Below, piece by piece: positions 11,702 through 23,700 of a stretch of 64,000 nt of DNA (the stretch's first letter is position 1; each line of letters starts with the position of its first letter). A model generated the notes under the pieces. That model made no database searches. It had not been told where the DNA came from and worked only from the letters and a program-made list of their open reading frames with translations. The position numbers were made by a program, and so were the translations under genes. Origin of the DNA: Macrostomum hystrix (Eukaryota; Animalia; Platyhelminthes); contig CATNEN010000003.1 of NCBI GenBank assembly GCA_950097015.1, positions 7,068,001 to 7,132,000 of the forward strand, given 5' to 3'.

Positions 11702-13598
11702 ACAGCCAGCAGTTGTCATCATTGTCATCGACTATCCAGGACTTGCACAACCTGCTAGCTGAAGTGGACAAGCTGCACACTACTGGCTCAGAAGCTGAGG
11801 CCTACAGTCGCTTAGTAGCAGCATTGGCTAGCGGTGAGCCCATCTATCAATGCGCCGAGATCTTGTGGCGCACAGCCAGAGGCGCTCGCGCCATGGCCAA
11901 TGCCACGCACGACGAAGCGGCTAGAAAGGCGTTCACCTATGAAGCATTCGATTTGGCTAAGCGCGGCTTAGCTATGGAGCCTAACAATGCGGCCTGTCAC
12001 AAATGGATGGGCATCCTGCTGGAGCTAACTGGTCGCTACGAGGGAACTAAAAAGAGGATCGAAAACTCCTACCTGGTTAGGGATCATTTTCAAAAGGCTG
12101 CAGACGCTAAACCCGACGATGCAGTTGTGCTGCATTGCCTGGGCGCCTGGTGCTTCGAAGTTGCCGATCTGCCCTGGTACCAGAGACAGCTAGCTGCCGC
12201 CTTCTTTGCCACACCACCCGCCTCCACCTATGACGAGGCGTTGAACTATTTGCTCAAGGCTGAGCAGGGTAAGACACTGGGGAAATGGGAGAGGGAAATG
12301 AATAGGTTGAGAAGGCAGGTTGAGATCAGTATTGAGAGATGAGTACAGAGAGTAGGTTGAGATGAGTAGGGAGAGTACGTTGAGGTGAGTAGGTTGAAAT
12401 GAGTAGGTAAAGTAGGTTGAAATGATTAGGTAGAGTAGGTTGAGATGAGTAGGTAGAGTAGGTTGAAATGAGTAGGTAGAGTAGGTTGAGATGAGTAGGT
12501 AGAGTAGGTTGAAATGAGTAGGTAGAGTAGGTTGAAATGAGTAGGTAGAGTAGGTTGAGATGAGTAGGTAGAGTTGGTTGAAATGAGTAGGTAGAGTAGG
12601 TTGAGATGAGTAGGTAGAGTAGGTTGAAATGAGTAGGTAGAGTAGGTTGAGATGAGTAGGGAGAGTACGTTGAGATGAGTAGGTAGAGTAGGTTGAAATG
12701 AGTAGGTAGAGTAGGTTGAAATGAGTAGGTAGAGTAGGTTGAGATGAGTAGGTAGAGTAGGTTGAAATGAGTAGGTAGAGTAGGTTGAGATGAGTAGGGA
12801 GAGTACGTTGAGATGAGTAGGTAGAGTAGGTTGAAATGAGTAGGTAGAGTAGGTTGAAATGAGTAGGTAGAGTAGGTTGAAATGAGTAGGTAGAGTAGGT
12901 TGAGATGAGTAGGTAGAGTACGTTGAGATGAGTAGGGACAGTAGGTTGAGATGAGTAGGGAGAGTACGTTGAGATGAGTAGGGAGAGTAGGTTGAGATGA
13001 GTAGGTAGAGTAGGTTGAGATGAGTAGGGACAGTAGGTTGAGATGAGTAGGGAGAGTAGGTTGAGATGAGTAGGGACAGTAGGTTGAGATGAGTAGGTAG
13101 AGTAGGTTGAGATGATTAGGGAGAGTAGGTTGAGATGATTAGGGAGAGTAGGTTGAGATGATTAGGGAGAGTAGGTTGAGATGATTAGGGAGAGCAGGTT
13201 GAGATGATTAGGTAGAGTAGGTTGAGATGATTAGGGAGAGTAGGTTGAGATGATTAGGGAGAGCAGGTTGAGATGATTAGGTTGCCAAGATCAATATAGG
13301 AAAATGATTGATATAAATCCGTAACTCCTTCATATTTTCAGTGGAGCCGAATTTCTACAGCTGCAACCTTTTGTACATTGGCAAAGCGTACCTTCGCAAG
13401 GGTGACAAGGCCAGAGCCAGAGAATATTTACAAAGAACCGTTGACTACAAAGGCGATACAGTTGACGATAAAAGTGTACGTTTTTTCTTCATGTAGCATT
13501 GCATTTCATTTATTTACTTTCGGAAAAAACAATCGACTTTTACAATTTAAATATTTCAGTCGAAAGATGAAGCAGCCAAGCTACTGAAGACCTGCTAA
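11702..13598 (+). CDS. RMDN1: Regulator of microtubule dynamics protein 1-like (RMD/FAM82, TPR-like)
   Basis: Exons 11702-12268, 13342-13475, 13560-13598. Motifs EILWRTAR, ACHKWMGI, GAWCFEVADLPWYQR..FFATPP..TYDEAL, EPNFYSCNLLYIGKAYL, EAAKLL fit the RMDN family. True 5' start not identified; an in-frame ATG exists at 11659. Confidence 0.88.
12335..13281. repeat. Minisatellite, 23-nt unit GAGTAGGTTGAGATGAGTAGGTA
   Basis: About 40 copies filling the RMDN intron. Confidence 0.95.
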
Positions 13599-13800
13599 TA
13601 ACACATGATCTAATGACTATTTCTAGAAACTCTTTTATTATATTTCATTATCTACGTCTCCAATATTGGATCAAATATATATACTATAATGTTGTTGGAT
13701 GTTTTGCATTCTGCTTCAATTTGATGAAACATAATCTGGACAATACGCTCGTAAGTAACAAGATAAAATTGAGTGCGTTTTATTTTAAAAAACTTTTTCT

Positions 13801-16800
13801 AGGCTTGTTGGAGGCTGGGTGTGAGGTGGCTTGTTGGAGGCTGGGTGTGAGGTGGGTTGTTGGAGGCTGGGTGTGAGGTGGGTTGTTGGAGGCAGGGTGT
13901 GAGGTGGCTTGTTGGAGGCATGGTGTGAGGTGGGTTGTTGGAGGCAGGGTGTGAGGTGGCTTGTTGGAGGCATGGTGTGAGGTGGGTTGTTGGAGGCAGG
14001 GTGTGAGGTGGGTTGTTGGAGGCAGGGTGTGAGGTGGCTTGTTGGAGGCATGGTGTGAGGTGGGTTGTTGGAGGCAGGGTGTGAGGTGGGTTGTTGGAGG
14101 CTGGGTGTGAGGTGGGTTGTTGGAGGCTGGGTGTGAGGTGGCTTGTTGGAGGCTGGGTGTGAGGTGGCTTGTTGGAGGCTGGGTGTGAGGTGGGTTGTTG
14201 GAGGCAGGGTGTGAGGTGGGTTGTTGGAGGCAGGGTGTGAGGTGGGTTGTTGGAGGCAGGGTGTGAGGTGGGTTGTTGGAGGCAGGGTGTGAGGTGTGGT
14301 TGTTGGAGGAAGGGTGTGAGGTGGGTTGTTGGAGGAAGGGTGTGAGGTGGGTTGTTGGAGGCAGGTTGTGAGTCGGGTTGTTGGAGGCAGGGTGTGAGGT
14401 GGGTTGTTGGAGGCAGGGTGTGAGGTGTGGTTGTTGGAGGAAGGGTGTGAGGTGGGTTGTTGGAGGCAGGGTGTGAGGTGGGTTGTTGGAGGCAGGGTGT
14501 GAGGTGGGTTGTTGGAGGCAGGGTGTGAGGTGTGGTTGTTGGAGGAAGGGTGTGAGGTGGGTTGTTGGAGGCAGGGTGTGGGTTGGGTTGTTGGAGGCAG
14601 GGTGTGGGTTGGGTTGTTGGAGGCAGGGTGTGGGTTGGGTTGTTGGAGGCAGGGTGTGAGGTGGCTTGTTGGAGGCTGGGTGTGAGGTGGGTTGTTGGAG
14701 GCTGGGTGTGAGGTGGGTTGTTGGAGGCTGGGTGTGAGGTGGCTTGTTGGAGGCTGGGTGTGAGGTGGCTTGTTGGAGGCTGGGTGTGAGGTGGGTTGTT
14801 GGAGGCAGGGTGTGAGGTGGGTTGTTGGAGGCAGGGTGTGAGGTGTGGTTGTTGGAGGAAGGGTGTGAGGTGGGTTGTTGGAGGCAGGGTGTGAGGTGGG
14901 TTGTTGGAGGCAGGTTGTGAGGTGGGTTGTTGGAGGCAGGGTGTGGGTTGGGTTGTTGGAGGCAGGGTGTGGGTTGGGTTGTTGGAGGCAGGGTGTGAGG
15001 TGGGTTGTTGGAGGCAGGTTGTGAGGTGTGTTGTTGGAGGCAGGGTGTGAGGTGGGTTGTTGGAGGCAGGGTGTGAGGTGGGTTGTTGGAGGCAGGGTGT
15101 GAGGTGGGTTGTTGGAGGCAGGGTGTGAGGTGTGGTTGTTGGAGGAAGGGTGTGAGGTGGGTTGTTGGAGGCAGGGTGTGAGGTGGGTTGTTGGAGGCAG
15201 GGTGTGAGGTGGGTTGTTGGAGGGAGGGTGTGAGGTGGGTTGTTGGAGGCAGGGTGTGAGGTGGGTTGTTATAGGCAGGGTGTGAGGTGTGGTTGTTGGA
15301 GGCAGGGTGTGAGGTGTGGTTGTTGGAGGAAGGGTGTGAGGTGGGTTGTTGGAGGCAGGGTGTGGGTTGGGTTGTTGGAGGCAGGGTGTGGGTTGGGTTG
15401 TTGGAGGCAGGGTGTGAGGTGGGTTGTTGAGGCAGGTTGTGAGGTGTGTTGTTGGAGGCAGGGTGTGAGGTGGGTTGTTGGAGGCATGGTGTGAGGTGGG
15501 TTGTTGAGGCAGGGTGTGAGGTGGGTTGTTGGAGGCATAGTGTGAGGTGTGGTTGTTGGAGGCATGGTGTGAGGTGGGTTGTTGGAGGCAGGGTGTGAGG
15601 TGGGTTGTTGGAGGCATAGTGTGAGGTGTGGTTGTTGGAGGCAGGGTGTGAGGTGGGTTGTTGGAGGCAGGGTGTGAGGTGTGGTTGTTGGAGGCAGGGT
15701 GTGAGGTGGGTTGTTGGAGGCAGGGTGTGAGGTGGCTTGTTTGAGGCAGGGTGTGGGTTGGGTTGTTGGAGGCAGGGTGTGGGTTGGGTTGTTGGAGGCA
15801 GTGTGTGGGTTGGGTTGTTGGAGGCAGGGTGTGAGGTGGGTTGTTGAGGCAGGTTGTGAGATGTGTTGTTGCAGGCTGGGTGTGAGGTGGGTTGTTGGAG
15901 GCAGGGTGTGAGGTGGGTTGTTGGAGGCAGGGTGTGAGGTGGGTTGTTGGAGGCAGGGTGTGAGGTGGGTTGTTGGAGGCAGGGTGTGAGGTGTGGTTGT
16001 TGGAGGAAGGGTGTGAGGTGGGTTGTTGGAGGCAGGGTGTGAGGTGGGTTGTTGGAGGCAGGGTGTGAGGTGGGTTGTTGGAGGCAGGGTGTGAGGTGGG
16101 TTGTTGGAGGCAGGGTGTGAGGTGGGTTGTTGAGGCAGGTTGTGAGGTGTGTTGTTGCAGGCTGGGTGTGAGGTGGGTTGTTGGAGGCAGGGTGTGAGGT
16201 GGGTTGTTGGAGGCAGGGTGTGAGGTGGGTTGTTGGAGGCAGGGTGTGAGGTGGGTTGTTGGAGGCAGGGTGTGAGGTTTGGTTGTTGGAGGAAGGGTGT
16301 GAGGTGGGTTGTTGGAGGCAGGGTGTGAGGTGGGTTGTTGGAGGCAGGGTGTGAGGTGGGTTGTTGGAGGCAGGGTGTGAGGTGGGTTGTTGGAGGCAGG
16401 GTGTGAGGTGGGTTGTTATAGGCAGGGTGTGAGGTGTGGTTGTTGGAGGCAGGGTGTGAGGTGTGGTTGTTGGAGGAAGGGTGTGAGGTGGGTTGTTGGA
16501 GGCAGGGTGTGCGTTGGGTTGTTGGAGGCAGGGTGTGTGTTGGGTTGTTGGAGGCAGGGTTTGAGGTGGGTTGTTGAGGCAGGTTGTGAGGTGTGTTGTT
16601 GGAGGCAGGGTGTGAGGTGGGTTGTTGGAGGCATGGTGTGAGGTGGGTTGTTGAGGCAGGGTGTGAGGTGGGTTGTTGGAGGCATAGTGTGAGGTGTGGT
16701 TGTTGGAGGCATGGTGTGAGGTGGGTTGTTTGAGGCAGGGTGTGAGGTGGGTTGTTGGAGGCATAGTGTGAGGTGTGGTTGTTGGAGGCAGGGTGTGAGG

Positions 16801-16940
16801 TGTGTTGTTGGAGGCAGGGTGTGAGGTGGGTTGTTGGAGGCAGGGTGTGAGGTGGGGTTGTTGAAGGCAGGGTGTGAGGTGGGTTGTTGGAGGCAGGGTG
16901 TGAGTGGATTGTTGGAGGCAGGGTGTGAGGTGGGGTTGTT
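13801..16940. repeat. G-rich minisatellite, ~26-nt unit GTTGTTGGAGGCAGGGTGTGAGGTGG (3.1 kb)
   Basis: About 120 copies; the 994-aa and 610-aa ORFs are its translation. Confidence 0.95.
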
Positions 16941-17444
16941 TGATTCAGTGTTAGCCGCGGAGTTAAAAGCTGTCGGGAATTATAAGTTAAAATCTACATT
17001 ACGCAAAGATAGTTAATCTGGCATATATTTCCCGTGTTATTATCAGCGAATTTTTTCAAAAAAAAAGTTGGTGATAAATAATTTCTTCTTTTATCACAAT
17101 TAGGTCGCATTTTAGAAATTTTAACTGCGCTCGATTCAAATTTTCGCTAGAAATATGTCTATAAGTCTATAAGGCTAGACATCGCCTTTCCAAACTGGTC
17201 AGCTATCGTTTTCCGTACGTTAGTCGATTTTTAGTAGTTTATTTTTTTTCAAATGACTAGAATTGGTGAGATTTTAAATGAAAAAATTGCATTTACTTTG
17301 AAATCCCCATAGAGAGAATAATATTAAGCAGTTCTTGACTTAATCGATTGCAATTAGCAAACAAAATTTTAATTTTTAGTATATTTGACTAGCCATTTAG
17401 CCCCCCTCGCTATTAGACCAACGATTTAGCCCCGGTGGCCTTAA

Positions 17445-17980
17445 CAGTAGAAAGACCGGGATTTTCAAATACCTACAATTTTCTTTTTAAAATTTTCTCC
17501 TAAAATTTTTAACCTATAGCGGGCCTAAATTTTCCACTCTATCCGATTAAACAACTTCCACAATCATCTATCATCGGCGTCGTCGATATATTCAACGATT
17601 TTCGTGAGGTTGTCTGGTGGTAAGAACCACAAATATAGGCATAAATTTTCTGCTAACAAAATTTCATAATGTAAACAATATCGGCTATGATTGTTAACTA
17701 GTTTGGATTAAAAAAAGCACTTTTTCCATTTTTAACCAATATGCATTCGCCATAGAAGTTTATTCAGAGCAATGTTAGTTGTCCACGTGACCAGGGTCTT
17801 CGACAAAATCGCTGAATATCGAGCGACGATGCTAACTCGGAAGACTTTGAAAATTAGTTCATCGGAAAGAGCGGAAAGTTATTTTTTCATGATGGATTTT
17901 AAATCTTAAAGTAGGCAGTGGGTATTTGAAATACCCCCGTGGTCTTTTCCCAGGAGGAAAATAGCGTGGTCTTTGTACTG
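17445..17980. mobile_element. piggyBac-like non-autonomous element (MITE), 536 bp
   Basis: TTAA on both sides (17441-17444, 17981-17984). 13-bp TIR CAGTAGAAAGACC / GGTCTTTGTACTG (12/13). Subterminal IR TTTCAAATACC / GGTATTTGAAA with a short left and long right spacer, as in piggyBac. Confidence 0.7.
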
Positions 17981-18101
17981 TTAATCCCCTTTGAAGTGAG
18001 GAATTAGATGAAGGATCGAAGAAAATCGAAAATCCCGAAGTTAAAGTCACAAAACAAACACTAAAATATAACAAAATTATTTTTTCTAACACCTCTTTCA
18101 G

Positions 18102-18214
18102 TCCCATTAGGCTAGCTGGCATTATCGTCAGTGTAGTCTTTGTTCTATTTCTCGCAGCTGCTATAGCCTACAGCAGAATCAAGCCGCACAATTTAGCAAC
18201 TCGTTACAGGAACG
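18102..18214 (+). CDS. Possible exon encoding a single transmembrane helix
   Basis: CTTTCAG acceptor and GTGAGT donor; translation PIRLAGIIVSVVFVLFLAAAIAYSRIKPH. Downstream acceptor at 18298. No upstream exon identified. Confidence 0.3.
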
Positions 18215-18559
18215 GTGAGTTAATTGCAGTGATTTGTCTTTAACAATGTAGATGTAATTCAAGAACTTTAGCAGAACAAAATTAAATATATATTTCAGTT
18301 CAATTCGGCGGCCTAATATTGGAATTGAAATGACAGAAAAATCGGATAACGATTACGATGAAGGTTTAAATTATCGTGACTAAACTGAGCAACACGTTAT
18401 CAATTATTTGTTGCAGAACTCAAAGCAACAAAAATATAAATATATAAAAAAATTATTTTTTTTTCGTTTCTGGATGCTTTTTCGTATTTTTGTTGATTTG
18501 TAGTGACTTGGGTTAAAATGAAGTGAGGTGGGTGATACGGAGTGGGGTGAGTAGCATGG

Positions 18560-18840
18560 AGGAGTGAGGTGGGCTAGCAGGGAGTGAGGTGGGCTAGCAG
18601 GGAGTGAGGTGGGCTAGCAGGGAGTGAGGTGGGCTAGCAGGGAGTGAGGTGGGCTAGCAGGGAGTGAGGTGGGCTAGCAGGGAGTGAGGTGGGCTAGCAG
18701 GGAGTGAGGTGGGCTAGCAGGGAGTGAGGTGGGCTAGCAGGGAGTGAGGTGGGCTAGCAGGGAGTGAGGAGGGCTAGCAGGGAGTGAGGTGGGCTAGCAG
18801 GGAGTGAAGTGGGCTAGCAGGGAGGGAGTTGAGCTAGCAG
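18560..18840. repeat. Minisatellite, 20-nt unit GGAGTGAGGTGGGCTAGCAG
   Basis: About 13 near-perfect copies. Confidence 0.95.
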
Positions 18841-18952
18841 CGAATGAAATGGGCTGGTGCATGTTTAAAGGTAAGTTGGTCAGGCCTGACACAAGTTTCC
18901 ATCATTTATCAGCTCGTGTAGTTAAACAGTGTCGATACCGAGGAGTTATTTG

Positions 18953-19285
18953 TTATTGATGCTGCTGCTGCTGTTTCTGCTCCTTTTTCCAACGCATTCG
19001 CCTGTTCTGATACCAGATCTTGACGTGTCGCTCGGTCACTTGCAGACAATCCGCTAGTTCGCGTCTTCTAGTTCTAGTCAGGTATTTGGTAAAGTGGAAC
19101 TCTTTCTCCAGTTCCAGAAGCTGGCCCCGACTGTAGTTGGTCCGCTGTCGTCGCGACCTCTGTGTATTAGTCCCTGTTGATGATGCCGACGGTGTTGAAA
19201 TCGTCTGCCAGATCACTGAATGCTGCTGCTGCTGCTGGACTTGCTGATCCTGCACCATTTCGTCTTGCAATCGTTGATCTGATAC
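18953..19285 (-). CDS. ANTP-class (Hox/ParaHox-like) homeobox protein, Xlox/Pdx-like residues
   Basis: Full 60-aa homeodomain [60 protein letters not shown] flanked by polyQ. The 5' boundary is uncertain; the ORF-track ATG at 19312 lies inside a minisatellite. Confidence 0.85.
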   Translation of the reverse strand, partial: VSDQRLQDEMVQDQQVQQQQQHSVIWQTISTPSASSTGTNTQRSRRQRTNYSRGQLLELEKEFHFTKYLTRTRRRELADCLQVTERHVKIWYQNRRMRWKKEQKQQQQHQ

Positions 19286-19294
19286 TGGGTTCAT

Positions 19295-19920
19295 TAGATA
19301 CGAGTGTAACATGTTAGATACGAGTGTAACATGTTATATACGAGTGAAATATATTAAATACGAGTGTAACATGTTAGATACGAGTGTGACATGTTAAATA
19401 CGAGTGAAATATGTTAGATACGAGTGTAACATGTTAGATACGAGTGTAACATGTTAAATACGAGTGTAACATATTAGATACAAGTGTAACATGTTAGATA
19501 CGAGTGTAACATGTTAAATACGAGTGAAATATGTTAAATACGAGTGTAACATGTTAAATACGAGTGTAACATATTAGATACAAGTGTAACATGTTAGATA
19601 CGAGTGTAACATGTTAAATACGAGTGAAATATGTTAAATACGAGTGTAACATGTTAGATACGAGTGTAACATGTTAGATACGAGTGTAACATGTTATGTA
19701 CGAGTGTAACATGTTAAATACGAGTGAAATATATTAAATACGAGTGTAACATGTTAGATACGAGTGTAACATGTTAAATACGAGTGAAATATATTAAATA
19801 CGAGTGTAACATGTTAAATACGAGTGAAATATGTTAGATACGAGTGTAACATGTAAGATAAGAGTGTAACATGTTAGATACGAGTGTAACATGTTAGATA
19901 CGAGTGTAACATGTTAGATA
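19295..19920. repeat. Minisatellite, 20-nt unit ATACGAGTGTAACATGTTAG
   Basis: About 31 copies with palindromic core TAACATGTTA. Confidence 0.95.
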
Positions 19921-20722
19921 GTGTAGTAATCGACTAGATATGAGTTTACCTGCTAAATACACAAGCTTTAGTTGTTAGACTAATGAAGAATTATTCTTGT
20001 AAAGAATGTCACCCGTTTTACGGAGAGAAATAAGTATTATACATTTAAAATCTTCCTTTTTAAAATAAATTATCTTTTTACACTACTTATTAGTAGAATC
20101 GTAAGTAAAAAAACGTAAATGTAAATTTTTTTATCAAGTTTGTAGACCCTTCGTTAGCAGCAATATTTTGACATCTGGTTTTCAATATAATAACCATACA
20201 GTCATCTGAAGAAAACAGCTATATAGTTGAAGTTAATTTTCAGTCTTAATAAATAAATTTTAACATCAAGAGAGACAAAGATTAGAGATAGGTTTTGAAC
20301 ACTCGCTATTGTACTTGAAGTACCTATTTATATGCACACATCTGTAAATTTTGGCACAGTTTTCAAACAGTTTCACGTTGTTAATAAAAAAAGGAATTGC
20401 TAAAAAAAGTCTTACACTCGAAGCTGGCTAGCTGTCTGACTGGCTGGTCCACAGAATTCTTTCCTATTGGATGAACGCGTCAATATTTAGTCTCTCTCCT
20501 TCTTTCCCTCACTCCGCACTGGATTTAGAATCTTTACTTGAATTCACACAGGATAGACTGGCACACTCGCATTACGCATTTATATACCAGTTGGCTTTTG
20601 TGTTATTTTGTACACAACGAGTAGCATTTTTCTGTTAGGAAAGACAATTGTTCAACAGAAATATAAATTAAATTTTTTTCTTAGCAAAGAAACAAGGCAG
20701 CATAAGGTTATAACAACGGAGT

Positions 20723-23700
20723 ATGGTGCAAATGCAGTTGCTAGTGACACTGCTATTGGTGCATGGCGTTGCTAAGAAAGTTTTCTGCGATTTTGATAGC
20801 CTTCCTGCCGGCGTTAGGCGTGAGTTAAATATGTTTATAATGCTTCTATGTTATAGATCTATCCCTACCCCTGAATTCCCTCTAGATCTATCACTGAAGT
20901 CCCTCTAGATCTATCACTGAAGTCCCTCTAGATCTATCACTGAAGTCCCTCTAGATCTATCCCTAAATTCCCTCTAGATCTATCCCTGGATTCCCTCTAG
21001 ATCTATCCCTGAATTCCCTCTAGATCTATCACTGAAGTCCCTCTAGATCTATCCCTGAATTCCCTCTTGATCTATCACTGAATTCCCTCTAAATCTATCC
21101 CTGAATTCCCTCTAGATCTATCACTGAATTCCCTCTAGATCTATCCCTGAATTCCCTCTAGATCTATCACTGGATTCCCTCTAGATCTATCACTGAAGTC
21201 CCTCTAGATCTATCCCTGAATTCCCTCTAGATCTATCACTTAAGTCCCTCTAGATCAGGGGTAGGCAAACTTATTTGCTGGCGGGCCAAAGAGAGAACCT
21301 AAAAGACGACAGCGGGCCGCATTGACTGTATAAATATGAGATAGGGAGAGATGAGACACAGGAGAGATTAGATACGGGAGAGATAAGACAAAGGAGAGAT
21401 TAGACACGGGAGAGATGAGACAAAGGAGAGATTAGACACGGGAGAGATAAGGCACAGGAGAGATGAGACACGGGAGAGATGAGACACGGGAGAGATGAGA
21501 CAAAGGAGAGATTAGACACGGTGGAGATTAGACATGAGAGCGATGAGACACGGGAGAGATTAGACACGGGGGAGATGAGACACAGGAGAGATTAGACACG
21601 GGAGAGATTAGACACGGGGGAGATGAGACACGGGAGAGATTAGACACGGGAGAGATGAGACACGGGAGAGATTAGACACGGGAGAGATTAGACACGGGAG
21701 AGATTAGACACGAGAAAGATTAGACACGAGAGAGATGAAACAGGACACTGTAGATGTCAGAAGGGGCAACGGGCCGGATTTGGGAGCTTCGAGGGCCGCA
21801 TCTGGCCCGCGGGCCGGAGTTTGCCGACCCCTGCTCTAGATCTATCCCTGAAGTTCCTCTAGATCTATCCCTGAAGTCCCTCTAGATCTATCACTGAAGT
21901 CCCTCTAGATCTATCCCTGAATTCCCTCTAGATCTATCACTTAAGTCCCTCTAGATCTATCCCTGAATTCCCTCTAGATCTATCCCTGAATTCCCTCTAG
22001 ATCTATCACTTAAGTCCCTCTAGATCTATCCCTGAAGTCCCTCTAGATCTATCCCTGAATTCCTTCTTTATCTATCCCTGAAGTCCCTCTAGATCTATCC
22101 CTGAATTCCTTCTTTATCTATCCCTGAAGTCCCTCTAGATCTATCCCTGAATTCCCTCTAAATATATCCCTGAATTCCCTCCAGGGGTTATGAGAATAAG
22201 TTATTTTCTTTTCACGAAATAACATTTTTTCTTCCTTTGTCCACAGGCTATCACGATGGTCGGGTCATCTTTGACTTGCTAGCCGCTCTGAGATCTGGCC
22301 CAGCTCCAGTTGATGAGCTGGGATTTTCCGAATATAATTCAGCTTTTCAGGGTGACACTAAGGCTGTTGTGATGCGAGGTGAGTGGGACATTTTGATGGC
22401 GGACACTCCGGCGGAGAATTTCCGTAGACAGCGGGTGATTATGAGGGGGGTAGAATGATTATAGAGAAGGGGTAGATTATGAGGGGTAGAAAGTCAATAG
22501 AGAAGGGGTAGATTATGAGGGGTAGAAAGTCAATACAGAAGGGTAGACTATAAGGGGTAGAAAGTCAATAGAGAAGGGGTAGACTATGAGGGGTAGAAAG
22601 TCAATAGAGAAGGGGTAGATTATGAGGGGCAGAAAGTCAATAGAGAAGGGGTAGATTATGAGGGGTAGAAAGTCAATAGAGAAGGGGTAGATTATGAGAG
22701 GTAGAAAGTCAATAGAGAAGGGGTAGATTATGAGGGGTAGAAAGTCAATACAGAAGGGTAGACTATAAGGGGTAGAAAGTCGATACAGAAGGGTAGATTA
22801 TGAGGGGTAGAAAGTCGATACAGAAGGGTAGACTATAAGGGGTAGAAAGTCAATAGAGAAGGGGTAGATAATGAGGGGTAGAAAGTCAATAGAGAAGGGG
22901 TAGATTATGAGGAGTAGAAAGTCAATAGAGAAGGGGTAGATTATGAGGGGTAGAAAGTCAATAGAGAAGGGGTAGATTATGAGGGGTAGAAAGTCAATAG
23001 AGAAGGGATAGACTATGAGGGGTAGAAAGTCAATAGAGAAGGGGTAGATTATGAGGGGTAGAAAGTCAATAGAGAAGGGGTAGATTATGAGGGGTAGAAA
23101 GTCAATAGAGAAGGGCTAGTTTTTTGAGAAACAAAAACTGTGTCTTTAAATGAGCGAACTGTGCTGTGAACTGAATTTTTCGCGTTTTTCGCGAAAGTAC
23201 ACATAAAGTTGGCATAAACCTTAATTTTGCTTTATTTTTCAGGGTCATTTTATAAACACTTATAGCGAAATGAAAATTTACAAATTATTTTGACTGCGTT
23301 CAGTTTTTTGCTTATTACGAGCCGTAAAGCTGGCTTTTATTTAGATCAAGAAGGCTCTATTAAGTAAATTATCATCTCTTTGCCCAAAAATGCATTAAAG
23401 CAACGTGGCTCAAAAACGGAAACTAAAAAGTTTATCCAAATATTTAAAGAAAAACTTTACTTTAAAGATTGACATGCAGATTGACTTTGCAATGCTTTGA
23501 CATCCTTTGAAAAAAAACTGTCTTAATTGTCTTTCGGCCCTGTCTAAGCCTACTGTCTGTCTGTCTGTCTGTCTCTCTGTCTCTCTGTCTCTCTGTCTGT
23601 CTCTCTGACTCTTCGTTTCTCTATCTATCTTTCTTTCTGTCTGTCTCTCTGTCTCTCTGTCTCTCTGTCTGTCTGTCTCTCTGTCTGTCTGTCTCTCTAT

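Noticed and set aside
13780-16764. 994-aa and 610-aa Pro/Thr/His ORFs
   Set aside because: Translation of a 26-nt minisatellite; the same peptide appears in several frames.
19286-19312. ATG at 19312 as the homeobox start
   Set aside because: It is part of the repeat core AACATGTT; acceptor-like AGs lie just downstream on the minus strand.
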